DNA of 64,000 nucleotides from Podarcis tiliguerta (taxonomy: Eukaryota), in NCBI GenBank assembly GCA_965153285.1, contig OZ229110.1; one strand, given 5' to 3'. The notes under the pieces are model-generated. The model was not told the DNA's origin and did no database searches. It saw only the letters and a list, made by a program, of their open reading frames with translations. The position numbers and the translations under genes were made by a program. Shown here piece by piece: positions 23,726 to 37,460 of the stretch (position 1 is the stretch's first letter; every line of letters starts with the position of its first letter).

Positions 23726-24764
23726 AAATCTAGTCTATGACTGCTGTCACTTAGATGAGGAAGTGCAGCAAAAACATATTAGCTGCTTCTGTGTACTCCA
23801 GAGGAGGCTAACCTGGGCAGCTGGTACCTTACTGGCTCAGAAATGACACCTCTAAAAGGTCTTTTTCTTCCATTTTACACTAGAAGCAGGATTTTATGTA
23901 TGGGAGATGGGGTTGGAGGAGGCATTGGAAGACTGCTTTCCATGAGGAAAGGAGTACAGGTTCCTTTTAGAGACTGGAGAGAAGAGGGTGAGACACTGGT
24001 TTCTTTGCTAGCTCCAAGTATACCAATGTTAACAGAATCCTCATGAGAATTTTTTCCCAGGAAAATAACTATTTGATCAGTTATTTCCTCAAATAAAATA
24101 ATAGCTACAGTAACATGGACCTGCTGCTATCTCTAGCCCTGATTATGTCTCTTAAAGTTACTGCAAAACAAGTTATACAAGAAGGCTTATAAGTCAAGAT
24201 ACAACAAATGTCCTTTTTAAGGTGGTGCAGAGAATTTCTCCCTTTGCTTCATATGTTTCATAGAGGTTGGGTGTATTGTTGTGCCATGTCATCAATCTCT
24301 GCCACCCCTTGGATGGCCGCCACCACTATATTTTCATTGCATTGTTTGGGCAGCTTCCAACCGGAGCCATTCTTATTTGCCTTTCCCCATACCTTTCTCT
24401 TCCCCCTGCCCCAGCCTCTCAAAGTATTGTGAATCAATAAACTACAATGCAGAACTGTGGTAGGTGTATGAATATTTAATCCAAGGTCCAGTACCTAAAA
24501 CACCATATTAAGGCACCAAGAGTCTGTCCATGGTAATGTGCCCTATACAGCAGCAGCTGTGAAGGATACTCCGCTGAACGGTTTTGAATACTTACAATCT
24601 GTTTCTAGTTTTGTTTTTTTGCCTGGGCTACTCTTTAAAAGCACAGAACCTTCATCTGACAGTGCCCTCTATTCATTTGCCTCCTACATTGTGATGGTTT
24701 CAGTCTTCCCCTTGGAGTAACATGTGCAGATCTCAGCAACTTCGTAGCTGGACAGTAATTCCTC

Positions 24765-27700
24765 TCACTTCCTGTCTTTGTGGGTGTAGTTGTAGGTAAC
24801 ATTGAGAAGCGGGCGGGAAACAAAAAGCACTTTGGGATTATCTGGGGCTTCCTGCAGTTCCAGAACGACGAGAGTGTTGATGGCTGAGCCACTGAGGAAT
24901 GAGCCAGGCACATAGAGAGTTTGCTGCGGTCCACGAACTGGCCAGAACCGACCCAGATTGAAACCATTGATCCAGACCTGACCCTGGGTGAAAACGTGAG
25001 AGGGGCTTTTATAAAACAATACATTTTTTGGAGCACCCTGAAACACTACTCTTCTTGGTTCCAACAGCCACTTTTATCTACTGTTGTTTATGCCTAGATC
25101 ATTTGAAACAAACACAGCTTGATGGGTGCTGTGGGAAACGTGTTTCCTTCAAAACACGTTGCACTGATTTTAAGCACAATTTCTTAGGGAGTAGGTGGGC
25201 ATAGACTGACTTTATTTCCATGGCCTTAACATTTAATATACCACTAGTTTGATACTATTACCCTTTCTCCAGCCACTGTTTTAAGATTATCAATGTGTAA
25301 GAGTGGCAACTAGCTGTTTGGGTGGCAGGGGCCCCTTTGCCCATAACTAGACACAGCAGAAAAGCTGAGGGAAAGAACATAGCTGTCTCAATGAAGGTTG
25401 GTCTACTCATTATGATGCCATAGGAGGAAGGGCGGGTATTAGTGTTAGAAACAGAGATGAAAGCTAGGAGCTAAATGGCACCTTAAACCTAGGTTATGGG
25501 TGCAACAACGGAATGTCTAGGCACCCTTTTTTATAACAAGAATACAAAGCTGAAAATGAATGAGCTGCAGCTAAAATATGTTCATTTTTTAACATGGTCT
25601 ACTCCTTCCCTGCCCCCAATATTCTTAAGAGGGTCTCTTCTCCAGTCTTCAGAGAACAGCTGGAAGTGGGGAGGCAGAAAATGGTCCTCCTTTCCTTCCA
25701 CTCTGCAGTTCTAATCTGAAATTTTAGGTGCAGTACTACGCCCAGAGTGCAGAAACTGCTTGCGCTAATGAAATTCCCTGTCACAAAAGAACAATGGGAG
25801 TTTTTAATACTGGCAGGTATCAGTTAAATAATTGAATAAATTGGAGTTAATCTGAGGATTTCAGTACCTTGGTCCAACCTGGGAGCTTCAAGTAGGAGTC
25901 CTCGCTGATGCCCGGTGTTGTGAATGTTCCTGTATAGAAAGCAGGTCCTGTGTGCCCACTGCTTGACTGGGCAGTTGGCGGCCATGCATGGGCTACAGCT
26001 GTGTCTATGTCTAGGGGATAGATGATCCAGTCACTGAGTATGGAGGTACCCAATGTGATATTGTGGATCAGACCCTGGGCACAAAGATAAGTTGGAGGTA
26101 GGTTAGGTGCAGTCGAGAATAAGGTTAGAAAAGCACCCTCAAGAGGAGATGGTGGAGTAGATAGCTGGCAAATAACCAGCACAGCAGTGTACCCCAACAC
26201 CCCTGAGTGTTCATTCTTCTTATTGACTTAAGTAACATCAGATCTTGCAGCGGCTAAAAAGTGGGACTGCCCCACTTCAGCTCTACTGCAGCCCATTTCC
26301 TAAGGCAGCACAATACAACATTCCAAAACGCAGAGAAGGCCCTCACTTCTTTCATTAGACTCTAGCCCAGTGGTTCCCCACAGATAACTTGAAAATTGTC
26401 GAGTGCCTTAGTGGACCACTTAATGACTTTTCTTCCTGTGGTTGCCATAGTAATGTGCTGATTATGATTGTACAGTATTACAGTTTGAATTCAATAGTTA
26501 CTCCCGTATGTGTATGAGACAGCAGCCTTTAAGTCCATGCCAACCATGCATGCCTCCAATGGATAATAGTGGAAGTGTTATCCTTCAGCCAACTATTCTG
26601 GCAGTAGTAGCCCCAGGCTCCCTTTTCAAATGCACCTTAAAGTCACTGTCATTGGCCCCAAAGTTGATGCGACCCATGCTCTCCACCACCAAGTCCAATG
26701 TGGCCCCAAGCTGGCCCGATATATTGATCCCATTCACTCTGTCTCTTTCCAGTGTTCCCTGGTACTCCTGAAGCAGGAAAGAAATAAGGTTAGCTGGTGC
26801 TCCAAGACAGAGCTGAAGCAAAGCTCCTGTGTGCTCCAGGCTCTGACCCATCCTATGAAGATGCAGTGAACCAGAGTGTGGGCCTAGGACTTGTTATACC
26901 CTTCAGTTTACCTAAGTAAGAATCTTCCCTACCCACTAGGAAGGGCCCCACTCTCCACCTTACTCCATTGAGCAGAACGTAGGCAAGATCATGGACCCCA
27001 TTCCTAGAGGCACTGAGCAAGGCAGGCTCCACGATTTCCTGCGGTAGAAGGGTCCGGTAGAGCATGAAGCCATGGGCCTGGAATGCAGAACAGAATCCGC
27101 AAGAGGTGTCAACTGCAATCCCACTGGGGACTCTTAAGCAGAAATAGCCATGGGCCTTTGCTGACCCAGACTCTTAATCTACTTTCTTACCTGCTTCAGA
27201 GCTTCAAAGGTGATAGGATAGGAGGAATAGAACGGCAAGGAAGGCGAGAGAATGGCAAGAACATCCAGCAAGGCCACACGCTACAGAAAAGATGATGGGT
27301 TCATGTATAGCCTTTAAATTGTTCAATTATTCAAGTATGCTTCCCCCAACCCACCCAAATGGCTATTGTTGATTTTCTTATCACCCCAAAGCTAAGGATA
27401 CAGCAACACTAAAACCAGGAGAAAACAAATAAAGATTGTAGAGTCAAACATAAAATGCTTTCAGAAATAAAAACCACTTTAAGCACAATCTAAAAATGAG
27501 TCTGTTGTGCCACCAGCAAGAAGGCCCTGTACCTATCTTTACATGTGCAGTCTCTCATATACAATCATCACAGAGGTTCCTCTGCTTTCCACCAGCTCCC
27601 ATTTCACTTCCTTCAGACTTCTCCCCAGTTTGCTTTCCTGCCTTACCAACTTGCACCTCAGCTGAAACACAATGAAAGTTCAGGAAGGTGCCCACAAGAG

Positions 27701-30700
27701 AGCAAAGTCACTCCATCATCCAACTAAAGACATGCACTTGTAAGGGAATGGTTTCTAGCTCTCACTCACCTGGGGTACGGATACATAGCCATATGCAAAC
27801 TTTGGGGTAGGTGGTGGCATTGGTCCTGCGGGCAGCTCCAGAAACTGAAGTTTTAAGAAAGAAAACACCATGTCAAGGGAGTTGGGCTGGTAGTTAGGGA
27901 AGCAAGCCAGCTCAAAACATTTTGCTGTCAGAAGCAGTACACCAGCAGACCAGTCACTAGGGCTAACTCATTTCACCAGTATCTTGTGAGGATAAAGGGG
28001 GTAGGAGAACCTTGGAAAGCTACCCAGAGCTTAGAGAAAGGATAGGATAAAATAATAAATAATGAAAACTAAAAGTACCTTGTATTTCTGTGCCTGTGCT
28101 AAAGTACATCATCTACAACTTCCAAACCATGTATGGCACGGATGCAACAGGGAACAAGCCCCACTGAGTAGGACTTACTTTTGAGTAAAGATGCTATACT
28201 GTTAGAGCCTCTTACATGCACATGTGCGCGTGCACACGCACACAGTCTCTCAAACACTTGTTCCCTCTTCCTCCTCAAATCTGCTGCTTGGCTGGTGGCC
28301 GCTTCTTTTATTTATTGCATTGATTCATCACTTTCTACAAAAATGTCTCAAAACAATTTACAAAATATTTCAAAATACCAAACAACTTGTCAACCATTTA
28401 AAATCACAGAATAAATATGCTCAAAAATGTATGAAGATCTTTTTCCAAAAGCAGTAATAAAAAGGATTCCACCTCATTAAAAGATTAGCACCAAAAATAG
28501 GTCATAAATCATACCCATAGAACGATATAGGTTAAGAACCAAAAACCTGGGCAGTCGAAAATGTCTTCAGTAACTGCATTCCACCCACTGATAAAAAGAG
28601 GGCTGTATTGTTACCTTGCTAATGACTGAGCGGATGATATACAGCTTGTCAGTGGGGTCTCCAGCCTCTGAGAGTGGTGCGTCATAGTCATAGCTAGTAG
28701 TTATGGGTTTGTAACCATCCTTGTAATCAGCACCTGGATAGAGAAGGTATGAGAAGCAAGCACCTCTTATGTGCCCCCCAACACCTCCATCATCTGGACA
28801 GAAGCTAAGTCTCCCTAGTTGCCCTAAGGAGCTAGAAACTCACCACTCCAGTAACCAAAGTTTGTGCCACCTTGGAACATATACCTGGAAGAAAGTCAGA
28901 TATCACAGGAAGAGTTACCCTCCTATTTAAATAAAGGGGCAATGACAGGCAGTGGAATAGGAAACAAATATATGTGAACTAATGTGGTGCAGCAGTTGGG
29001 GAATGCTTTGGAATAGAAGTGTGCTAGTCTTTGGCCTAGGGCACTGTCTAAGACCATGCACCTTGCTCTTGTTCTGCAAGGGAATTTTTGTCTGCTAGGG
29101 AAATGGCCAAAAAAGACGTGAAAATGTGGCACGCACACACCTCTAAGGCAAAATGAGAGGTTCACAGTTAACAAGATGAAGCAAAGAGCTATGGATTGGC
29201 ATTTTGGCACTAGCACTTGCTTCTTTGTACCATCCCTTGTGCCCCACTGCCCACTCTCCCCTATGGCCTCACGGTTACATGTTGACGTTGGCTCCCATTT
29301 CTAGAATCTTCTGTAGGCTGTTAGCCACTTTCTTAGCACTTTTTGTGGAGTGTGCCTCACCCCAGTAATCCAGCCAGCCAGTGTAGAACTCAGAATTCAC
29401 CTAGGAGGAAGGCAGAATTAAAACATTTATGGAGCAGTAGCAGTCAGGTCAGTTCCATCACTTCTGCCAAAGTACTGGGAATAGGAAATACCAAGTTTGC
29501 TCCCTCCTCTGTGTTGGAATCTCATTGTACCAGACCTCACACCTATAATGCCCAGGACAGGCTATGTGGTGTGACTGTAGCTTGCACTGCAACACTGGGC
29601 AATATGCAACTTCCAACCAATTTTTGTGTGATAAGGTCCACAGCAATGGGATTATGGCTCTGGAATAATTTGCTTTCATGCAAAGAAGACAGGCTAGCTC
29701 ATAGCCTATCAAGAGGCTCCTGAAAGCATTGGACTACAAGCTCTTTGGTCTCATAGCTCAGTAACTGCTGGGGCAAGTGAGGATTTCGCATGCATGACTC
29801 TATGGCTGCCTTGTAAACTGCTACAGAAGGATCATGGCAGTCAAGTATAAGGGGTGGAAATAAAACAGAAGATGGCTCAGTTAAGATGCAGCCAGATTAT
29901 TTTTGGAGATGGGTGCCAAGGAAGGAGTAAGCATAATTTAAGGCGTGAGATGCCATTCTTCTACACGGAAAGGCCAGAGGCTCTCACCAGTGGTCCCTTT
30001 GGCTGATACAGTCGCTGCAGCATAAATGCCTCCGTCACGTTTTCTTCTGTCAAAGGGCAAAGAAAGGAGCAGAAGTCAAAGCAAGATTCCTTCCTACCTC
30101 CTTCCAATCGCATCAGAGCTCACCCAACATCACTCTACCTGGTCCAAAGTCCACCGTGGCATATAAGCCCTGCAGTGTCCCGCACTTGAGTTCAGATACT
30201 GAGGTGCCATCTGTGGTGAAGAGCACAACTTCCTCACCCAGGGAGGCACGAAACACACCCAGTAGGTGGCGCATGTAGTTATAGTCGCAGGCATAGTAGC
30301 TCCCATATTCATTCTCCACCTGCCTGGGGAACAGCTGGCATTAAAGAAAGGTGACTCAGAGCCCACACCCTGCCTAAAGAAAAAGGCGTGTGGTATGTCT
30401 TTGTATAGAGCCTCTCTTGTCAAGCACTAGATCTGCAGGATGATGCCCAACCCAATTTGCACACGAGGCTGGTCACCCAAATAGGTGCACCTCTACACTT
30501 TGTAAAGGAGGAAAAAATACTGTTCTTGAAAGTTCCAAGGGTGCCTGAAGGGCTTTATTGTTTACAAATCCCTCCTACTGGACAGGGGGAGGCAGGCACA
30601 AAGCAGTGGTTTAAGGCAGGGGTGAGCAGTCTTCTGTCTTTGTTTTTAACTGAAATATTGAGATCCACCAAACAGAGCCTGGTCTATATACACTTGTACT

Positions 30701-33700
30701 CCAATAATAAGTTACCTAAGGCTCAGTATGGTACATGTTTCATATCAGGGAACCTCTGAAGGTGCAACCAGAGGCCCAGGGACACAATGCGCCTATGCTG
30801 CACGCACCTGGACACTGATGATGTTGCCTCCATTGTGGTAGAGATGAGGCTTGATCTTGGGCAGCAGGACTCCCAACCATCTGTCCACAGCTTGCAGGTA
30901 ATCTAGGAGCATGAATCAGCTTGCTCAGGCAACAACTGGGGCTGCTTTTCCCTATTTCCAACACCTTGCTAAGACAAGAATTGGTAATTGTGGTACTGTG
31001 TACAGAGAAAAGGTCTGAAAGTGCCCCCTGGCCATTACATACCACTCACATGGGCTGCTTTAATTCTGTGGAAGAGACATGGAAGTTGGAAGGCCCAGAT
31101 GACTGGCCCTCTAACAGCTTGATATGAAGCAGCCAGAACCACACAAAGACACCAACCATTTAGGACTTACAACCCTCCAGATCTTGTGGATTATAATTCC
31201 GATCATTCCTGAACAATGATGGCTGGGGTGGATGGGAAATGGAATCCAAATGCATCTGGAGAGCCACAGGTTCCCCACCCCTGATCTTTTAGCAAACCAT
31301 TCTGAGGTTTTCTACAGTCAAGTGGTATATAAATTTTATGAAATAAATAACTCTACAGAATTGAACACGAGATCCAGAGGGTCTGCCCCCTCCCTCTAGT
31401 TCTATCTTACCTGAGTCAGTTGTGCGCAGGGCAATATCTGGCTTTGTCAACAGCCAGGATGGAAGGCCACCCTAGGAAAGAAGGTCAAGAGGTAAACAGT
31501 TCAAATAATGTCAGGGCCCGTAGTTGCTCCTCTCCTGCTCCAAATCAATAAGAAATGGTGGAAAGGTCAGAAGGCAAGAATCCAGGGTCGGAAAAGTAGG
31601 TTTCAGATTTGTTGTCATAAAAAAGTTGCTGAAGCCATGAGAGCAAGAAAATGTGTAGAGATCAAGATCTGGGAAAGATAATGTAGAGAAAAAGTAGAAA
31701 ATTAAAAACCTAGAAAGGTAAGACAAAGCTGAAAACTCAGAGAGATAAGGCAAGGTAAGGAGTTAAAGAGGATAAAATGATCAATGACTAGCAACCCTGT
31801 GTGAATTGTGAGAGAGGTGAATTGTGCAGCATTCAGGTACTGCAAGTGAGTCTTAGCCCATCTGAATCTTTTGCCCAGCACTCACCATCTCCCATTCAGC
31901 ACAGATGTAGGGTCCAGGTCGCAAGATCACCAAAAGGTCTAACTCGGCTACCAAGTTCAGAAATTTTTCCAAGTCTCTGTCACCAGAAAAGTTGTAGACA
32001 CCAGGCTGTGGCTCATGGTAGTTCCAGGGCACATAGCTGAAGGGTGAAAATACATATTTCAGTTTGAAATAAGAAGGTGAGACAAGGAGGATACACCCCA
32101 AGAGATGCTTGAGGATTAACAGGGCAAGATTTTGTTACTCTTTTTATATTGTAATTTTATGTTGTGAATTCCTCTGAGATATACAAACGAAGGCTGGTAT
32201 ACAAATTAAAAAATTACACACACACACACACTCAGTGGTGAAGCTTCATGCTCTGGCACCAGGGGACGGAGAGCAGGCGGGGGCGGGGCTGGAGCGCATC
32301 CTGGGGGCGTGCAGCCATGATGGCACCCCACCAGGATCGCATTGCCGGGGGCGGTGCACTCCCCCCGCAATCCTCTTCCTCCGCCAGTGCACACACTTAT
32401 GGCCTAGGCTGACCAGATCCAAAAGAGGACACAGCTCTTGCACCTTTAATAGTTGTGCAGAAGAGGGAATTTAAGTAGGTATAGTTTGCATAATAAGCTA
32501 CCCCCACTGACATTTCCTCTGCGATGTAATTATTATAGGTGCCAGAAACACCACCCATCTTCCTTCTTTGCAGTTCATCTACAATTGGTTCTCAGCCTAG
32601 TATGGCCAAACATTTAAATATAACAAGGAACAGAGGGGGCATGAACAGAAATATTTCTCCCTCAGCTTTCAGGTTGGGATGAGAGTGGAGGTGATTCCAT
32701 TTTAAAAGAAAGCTGTACTGGAACAGGCTCGTGTATTTGTCATCTGGCCTGCACGTTTTCAGTGCAAGGAACTTGGGCCAGCTCCACCTTCAGACAGCAT
32801 AAGCTTCTCTGCTCTAAATGTTGACCAGAGTCTGCAGTGAGGACTGTACAGTGAGAAAAATGGAGCACCTGTGCACAGTCATTAGCCTCTGTCCTTCAGT
32901 GTGGCACAGAATAAGTCCCAAGAGCCACTTCCCCTTCTGGTCACTTACATTTGCACAGCATTGAGGCCACTCATGTACATCTTGAGGAGCCGATCTTTCC
33001 AATAGGCAGGTGGGACCCGGAAGTAATGGATGCTGCCTGAGATATAGCGAAATCTAGCACCATCTTTGAGGAAGCAGTTATTCACATAATCAATGCGGAA
33101 GGAACGGTCTGTTGAAGAGGCCTGGCATTCAGGACAGGAGGGGAAAGAGAGTATTATTATTTTTTGTATTAAATTGAAACTTCATCCCATCTCCTGCTGA
33201 GAGGATCAAATAGAGAATGCCATCCTCTTCCCCTCTGCCATAGCAAGAGATATTTATGTCTTCTCCCTGGCTATGGAACCTGGGTAGTAAGCTTGACACG
33301 GACTGTTTTGTGGGTAAGTCTGCAATGTGATTGCTTTGAAAAGAATCCTCCTAGATTTATGAGACATTATCCCTCTCCAGATCCTGGAAGATCAATTCTA
33401 AGATCCCAGTCAAGATTTGCACCTGAGGTTCAAGTGTGACCCACTCCCTCCAGGACTCCAACACACACACACACACATCACTGGTTCACGTGTGGCCCAT
33501 TTACTAAATAATAATTTGAAGCCACTCAATTCTCTGCTTCCAATGTTATGCTTTACCCTCTGTAAATATTCACACACACACACAAAGTTTTTGTCATTTG
33601 GTCCTGCCCCTGAAATTGTTTCCACTAGTACAGACTGCTCATCATTACTGGCCAATTCACCGAGAATCTGACAGTTGGGAATGTAGCCAGTTTTTCTCTC

Positions 33701-34060
33701 TCCCTTGCAGCCATTTTTTTTGGCTGAATGGGATTTTTTTTAAAGCAGCATGGCTTGATTATGTATTGGGGAACTCCCAATATGAACCCATTCCTATACA
33801 ACAGGCAAAATAATAGATGGGGGAAAGGAACCAAGAAGAGGTAAGGAAAAGCTTGAGCTCAGTTTGACTGGGGGGAGAGCAAGTGGGGAATCTAAAGCAA
33901 CAGAAAAGGAAATCCTTAAATTTCCCCTAGGCAGTCTAAGATGGTTCCATCTCAGCTGTTTCTTCCAAAGAAACACCCTCCTGCAGTTCTCCTTCTTGTT
34001 GCTTACCTGGAGTTGCAGGCCTCCCAACACCACCATCAAAACACACAGCAGCAGCTCCAT
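24765..34060 (-). CDS. GLB1L: Beta-galactosidase-1-like protein (glycoside hydrolase family 35), ~630 aa with signal peptide
   Basis: 16 coding exons (minus): 34060-34007, 33121-32949, 32036-31886, 31471-31411, 30902-30808, 30319-30139, 30046-29988, 29400-29279, 28884-28844, 28733-28615, 27844-27770, 27280-27191, 27077-26964, 26767-26636, 26074-25868, 24983-24765 (1893 nt). GH35 motifs: [40 protein letters not shown] (acid/base), NSEFYTGW (nucleophile), [31 protein letters not shown]. The position between ANKZF1 and STK16 favours GLB1L over GLB1. Confidence 0.95.
27955..28062 (+). mobile_element. MIR-like/squamate SINE 3' fragment
   Basis: ...cttgtgaggataaa...ggataaaataataaataat tail. Confidence 0.45.
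32233..32389. mobile_element. GC-rich hAT-like MITE inserted in a (CA)n tract
   Basis: Imperfect TIRs CAGTGGTGAAG / CTCCGCCAGTG and a perfect 8-bp TSD CACACACT. Confidence 0.8.
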
Positions 34061-34551
34061 CTCTTTGGTTACAGCTTCAGCCCGGGACAAGAGAGTCACA
34101 AGGAGTCATCACATGACAAGCTAGTGGGCAGGCCTGGTGCTTCCTCTGGTTGGTCCCTGTGAGGAGGGAAGTAAGTAAAGACAGGCCTTATTTGAACAGA
34201 GAGGTGGAAAAGAGGAGGCAATGTTCCAGCAACTATATACAGAGTCCGTGACTATAAATCAGAGGAGGAAATTATGAGGCACAAAACTCCCTCCAAATCC
34301 CAGGGAGAGAATTATGAAGCAGCACAGAGGAACTGAAACACAGAGTTGGTTTCCCGTACTCAAATTACAGAAGTATGAGAAACATAAACTTCTTCAAATC
34401 ATCAGAAATGGCAGTTTGTGCTGCTCAGAGTTATATAGTGGATAGAAGAAGAGACAGCAGAGTTGGCACTGCACTGCACAGCTGTCTACCACTGGATCAA
34501 AAGCCTCAATCTTGTTGTTTTGGTAATGGCAAAAAGGATGCAGGTTTCTAC

Positions 34552-34719
34552 GGCTCTGTACACACCATGCATTGAAAGTATGTTACTTTTCCCGAAGAAT
34601 CTTGAGAACTGTAGTTTGTTAAGGGTGCTGGGAATTGTAGCTACACAAGGGACAAACTACAGTTCCCATAATTCTTTGGGGAAAGTCAGATGCTTTTAAT
34701 ATATGGTATGTATGCAGCC
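34552..34719. repeat. Palindromic MITE (Harbinger-like ends)
   Basis: ggctctgtacacacca...tggtatgtatgcagcc with inner aagaatcttgagaactgtagtttg / caaactacagttcccataattctt. Confidence 0.65.
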
Positions 34720-36889
34720 TCAGGGGACTTTAATTCTCCTTTATACATATAGACAAAATGTGGACATGTTTTGTAAGTTAAATTAAGTATCCAAATCAGC
34801 TACACCAAATGCAGTGATTAGTCAAGGACCTGACATGCCTATCTAGTCTACAACAGCAGAAGAATCAGTGAGAACATCTAGTCTGACCTCCCTCAGATAA
34901 TTTAAGGAATGCTCTAATCTATTGTAATACTGGGGGGCTATTACATTACAAATAACCAAATAATCTGTTTGGTCTGAAGGCTATGAGTAATGGAAAATTT
35001 ACATTCTTTCCCTCCCACCAGCAGCTTGTTGCAATGATTAATCTGCACAGTCTGCTAAATCCTGGGATCTGTCTTCTAATATGGATGTATCCGGTTTTAA
35101 CTTCCAGCTGTTCAATTAAATTGCACTTTGACATTTAATCCACTATCATTAATCAGTGCTTATTTTTCTTTCTGAGGGAAGCTGCAAGATGGTGCTCCAT
35201 TAGTCTCCTTTACTTTTTGGTTTGTTTGTTATAATCATTGCTTCCTTGGTGCCTTCCTGCTCCCACATTTAATACTGTTGCACACCACTCTAGTTTCTGA
35301 GCAGTGCAAGATTCCAGGGGTTCTAGGGATTCATTTACCCTGGGTTTGTGTTTCCTTTGGGAATGAGGCACAGTAGAGACTGCAGTGTCTTTAGGATATA
35401 TGGTTTATTTACACATATATACGGTACAACCTGAGCCTACAATGGAAGGGTTCACAGCATTTACACCCCTAGAAGGCCTTGCTTGTCTCATAGCCACAGC
35501 CTTAGATTCCAGCAGAAATCAGGCCTGGCGCTCTCTCGCTCTCTCTGGCTTTCCAACCCACTGTTTTTGGCTCCAGCTTCTAGTTCACATAACTCAACCC
35601 TCAGCTCTGTCCTTTGGTCTTTCCAATCAGAGAAGGGAGGCCCACCCATTTGCCCTCTGGCACAGAGCCACTACTTTTGCTCCCTGAAGGACTCTTACTT
35701 AGAAGGCCATTACCAGGCTGGCCTGGCTATTTCAGCAACTGAATCCATGCATACAGCCTACCCACTTCCAAACTCATAACGAAACTAAAACAGATTGCAA
35801 TTTCTCTTACCTACAATTAATGTTAGAGGCCTCTCTTCCTTGCTCTGTGTACCCCACTGGCATAAATTGATCCCTTTCTATAGGAATGAGATGCTCAGCC
35901 ATATAGTATCTTATAATACAAAGTCAGACCACTGGTCATCCAGTCCAGAAATTGTTTACTCTATAGCATCTTTATAGTCTTGGAAAGACAGTAGTCTTTC
36001 TCAGCCCTGCTTCTTGAAACCCATTTAAGTGAAGTCACAAGGAACTAAACCTGGGAGATTCTGTGGGCAAAGCTAGCTCTGTCAGTGAACTCCCCAAAAC
36101 AGAATCCTAAGAGAAACTCAAGTAACCGATGATAAAATTATAGAGGTCAAGAGGACTGAAAAGCCTGCCAGTCTGCACCTTGCCCAGTGTAAAACTATTC
36201 ATCCACCAACCCCTCACAGTTCCAGACTATAATTTGCCAAGAAAAAGGGAGCAAGTGCACTGCAGAAAGGTGCATGCAGGGATAACAGTTTGAAAAGACT
36301 TTCACAAATGGGTTGAGCTACACACTACAAGGGAAATCCCAAATCTCCTAGGGCCCTTACCAACCTGACTGGCGTGAGGGGGATTCTTGCCCAGTCCCAA
36401 ATACGGGCACAAACAAAACCTTGTCTACTAACTGAATGCTTTTCTGTTCTATCCAACACATCACATATTTAGGCAGCAGGCAATGCAGTTAAGGAATGCT
36501 GTCAATGGGTTTGACTCCTTATCACTTGGCTGTGGTTAATTTTGGGTTTGTGGCATGTTTGTGGTTTAAAAGCTGTGTTTAAATTTGGCATGATGTACAA
36601 CACTTATTAACATAGTAGAGCATGAATATCAGAGTCCAGTGAATGCATCAAAAGCACAGTCCCAGAATTAAACCTGAAGAAAACATACAAGAGTAAGTGT
36701 CATCTATGATTTAATATTATTTTGGATATATTCTACTGAAAAATAAAGATAGTATTACCTGTTTGTTACACTACTCTATGAACAACTGTGGTACATTTTA
36801 TATGATTAATATTATAGATTTGTTTTGTGTATGACATTTTAATATGTATTTTAAATAGAATACATCCAACTTACAAGAACTCACCTATC

Positions 36890-37460
36890 ATCTAAAGAAC
36901 CTTTTACTTACTGGGCCTTTGCATTACTGTGTCCAGTCAGCAGCAGGAGTCATTTGTATACCCGCAGGATGATGCATATCTTTGCCACACCAGAGCTATA
37001 TCACCTTTGATGTCACCACATTCTGTGCCACCTCACAAAGGGATAGGATGTTCTAGGAATATGGGTCTCATCAAGAGTCACAGACTGGTACAAGTTATGA
37101 GAAACACATCAGGTTCCAGAAATACCACCTTAGTTTTATTCTAAGTCAGAGGGATTACTTGGACATTATATGGAGTGCCCCCCTTCTCATATTCATATTT
37201 GAGAACTGAGGAAATGAAATTATTTTTATCAGTATCATCATCATCCATAGTGGTAGTAAAATTAATTCTCCTTCATATCTTGTGGGTGGCTGGTGTAGTG
37301 AACTTGGTGGGAGAAAATATGCATTCAAATCCAAACTGTTATGGTACCGGGAAATTGGAAGGGGGGGTGACAGATCTTTTCCACCACCACCACAAGCCTT
37401 GCCTCTCCATACTAGGAGCCAAAGACAAAGAGCCTCTGCTACCAAATGTAGCAATTCACT
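36890..37460 (-). mobile_element. Possible decayed LTR-retrotransposon (Gypsy-like) internal fragment
   Basis: Minus strand reads GCTACA-TT-TGGTAGCAGAGG: an LTR-like ...CA end followed by a 12-nt complement of the initiator tRNA-Met 3' end. Confidence 0.35.
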
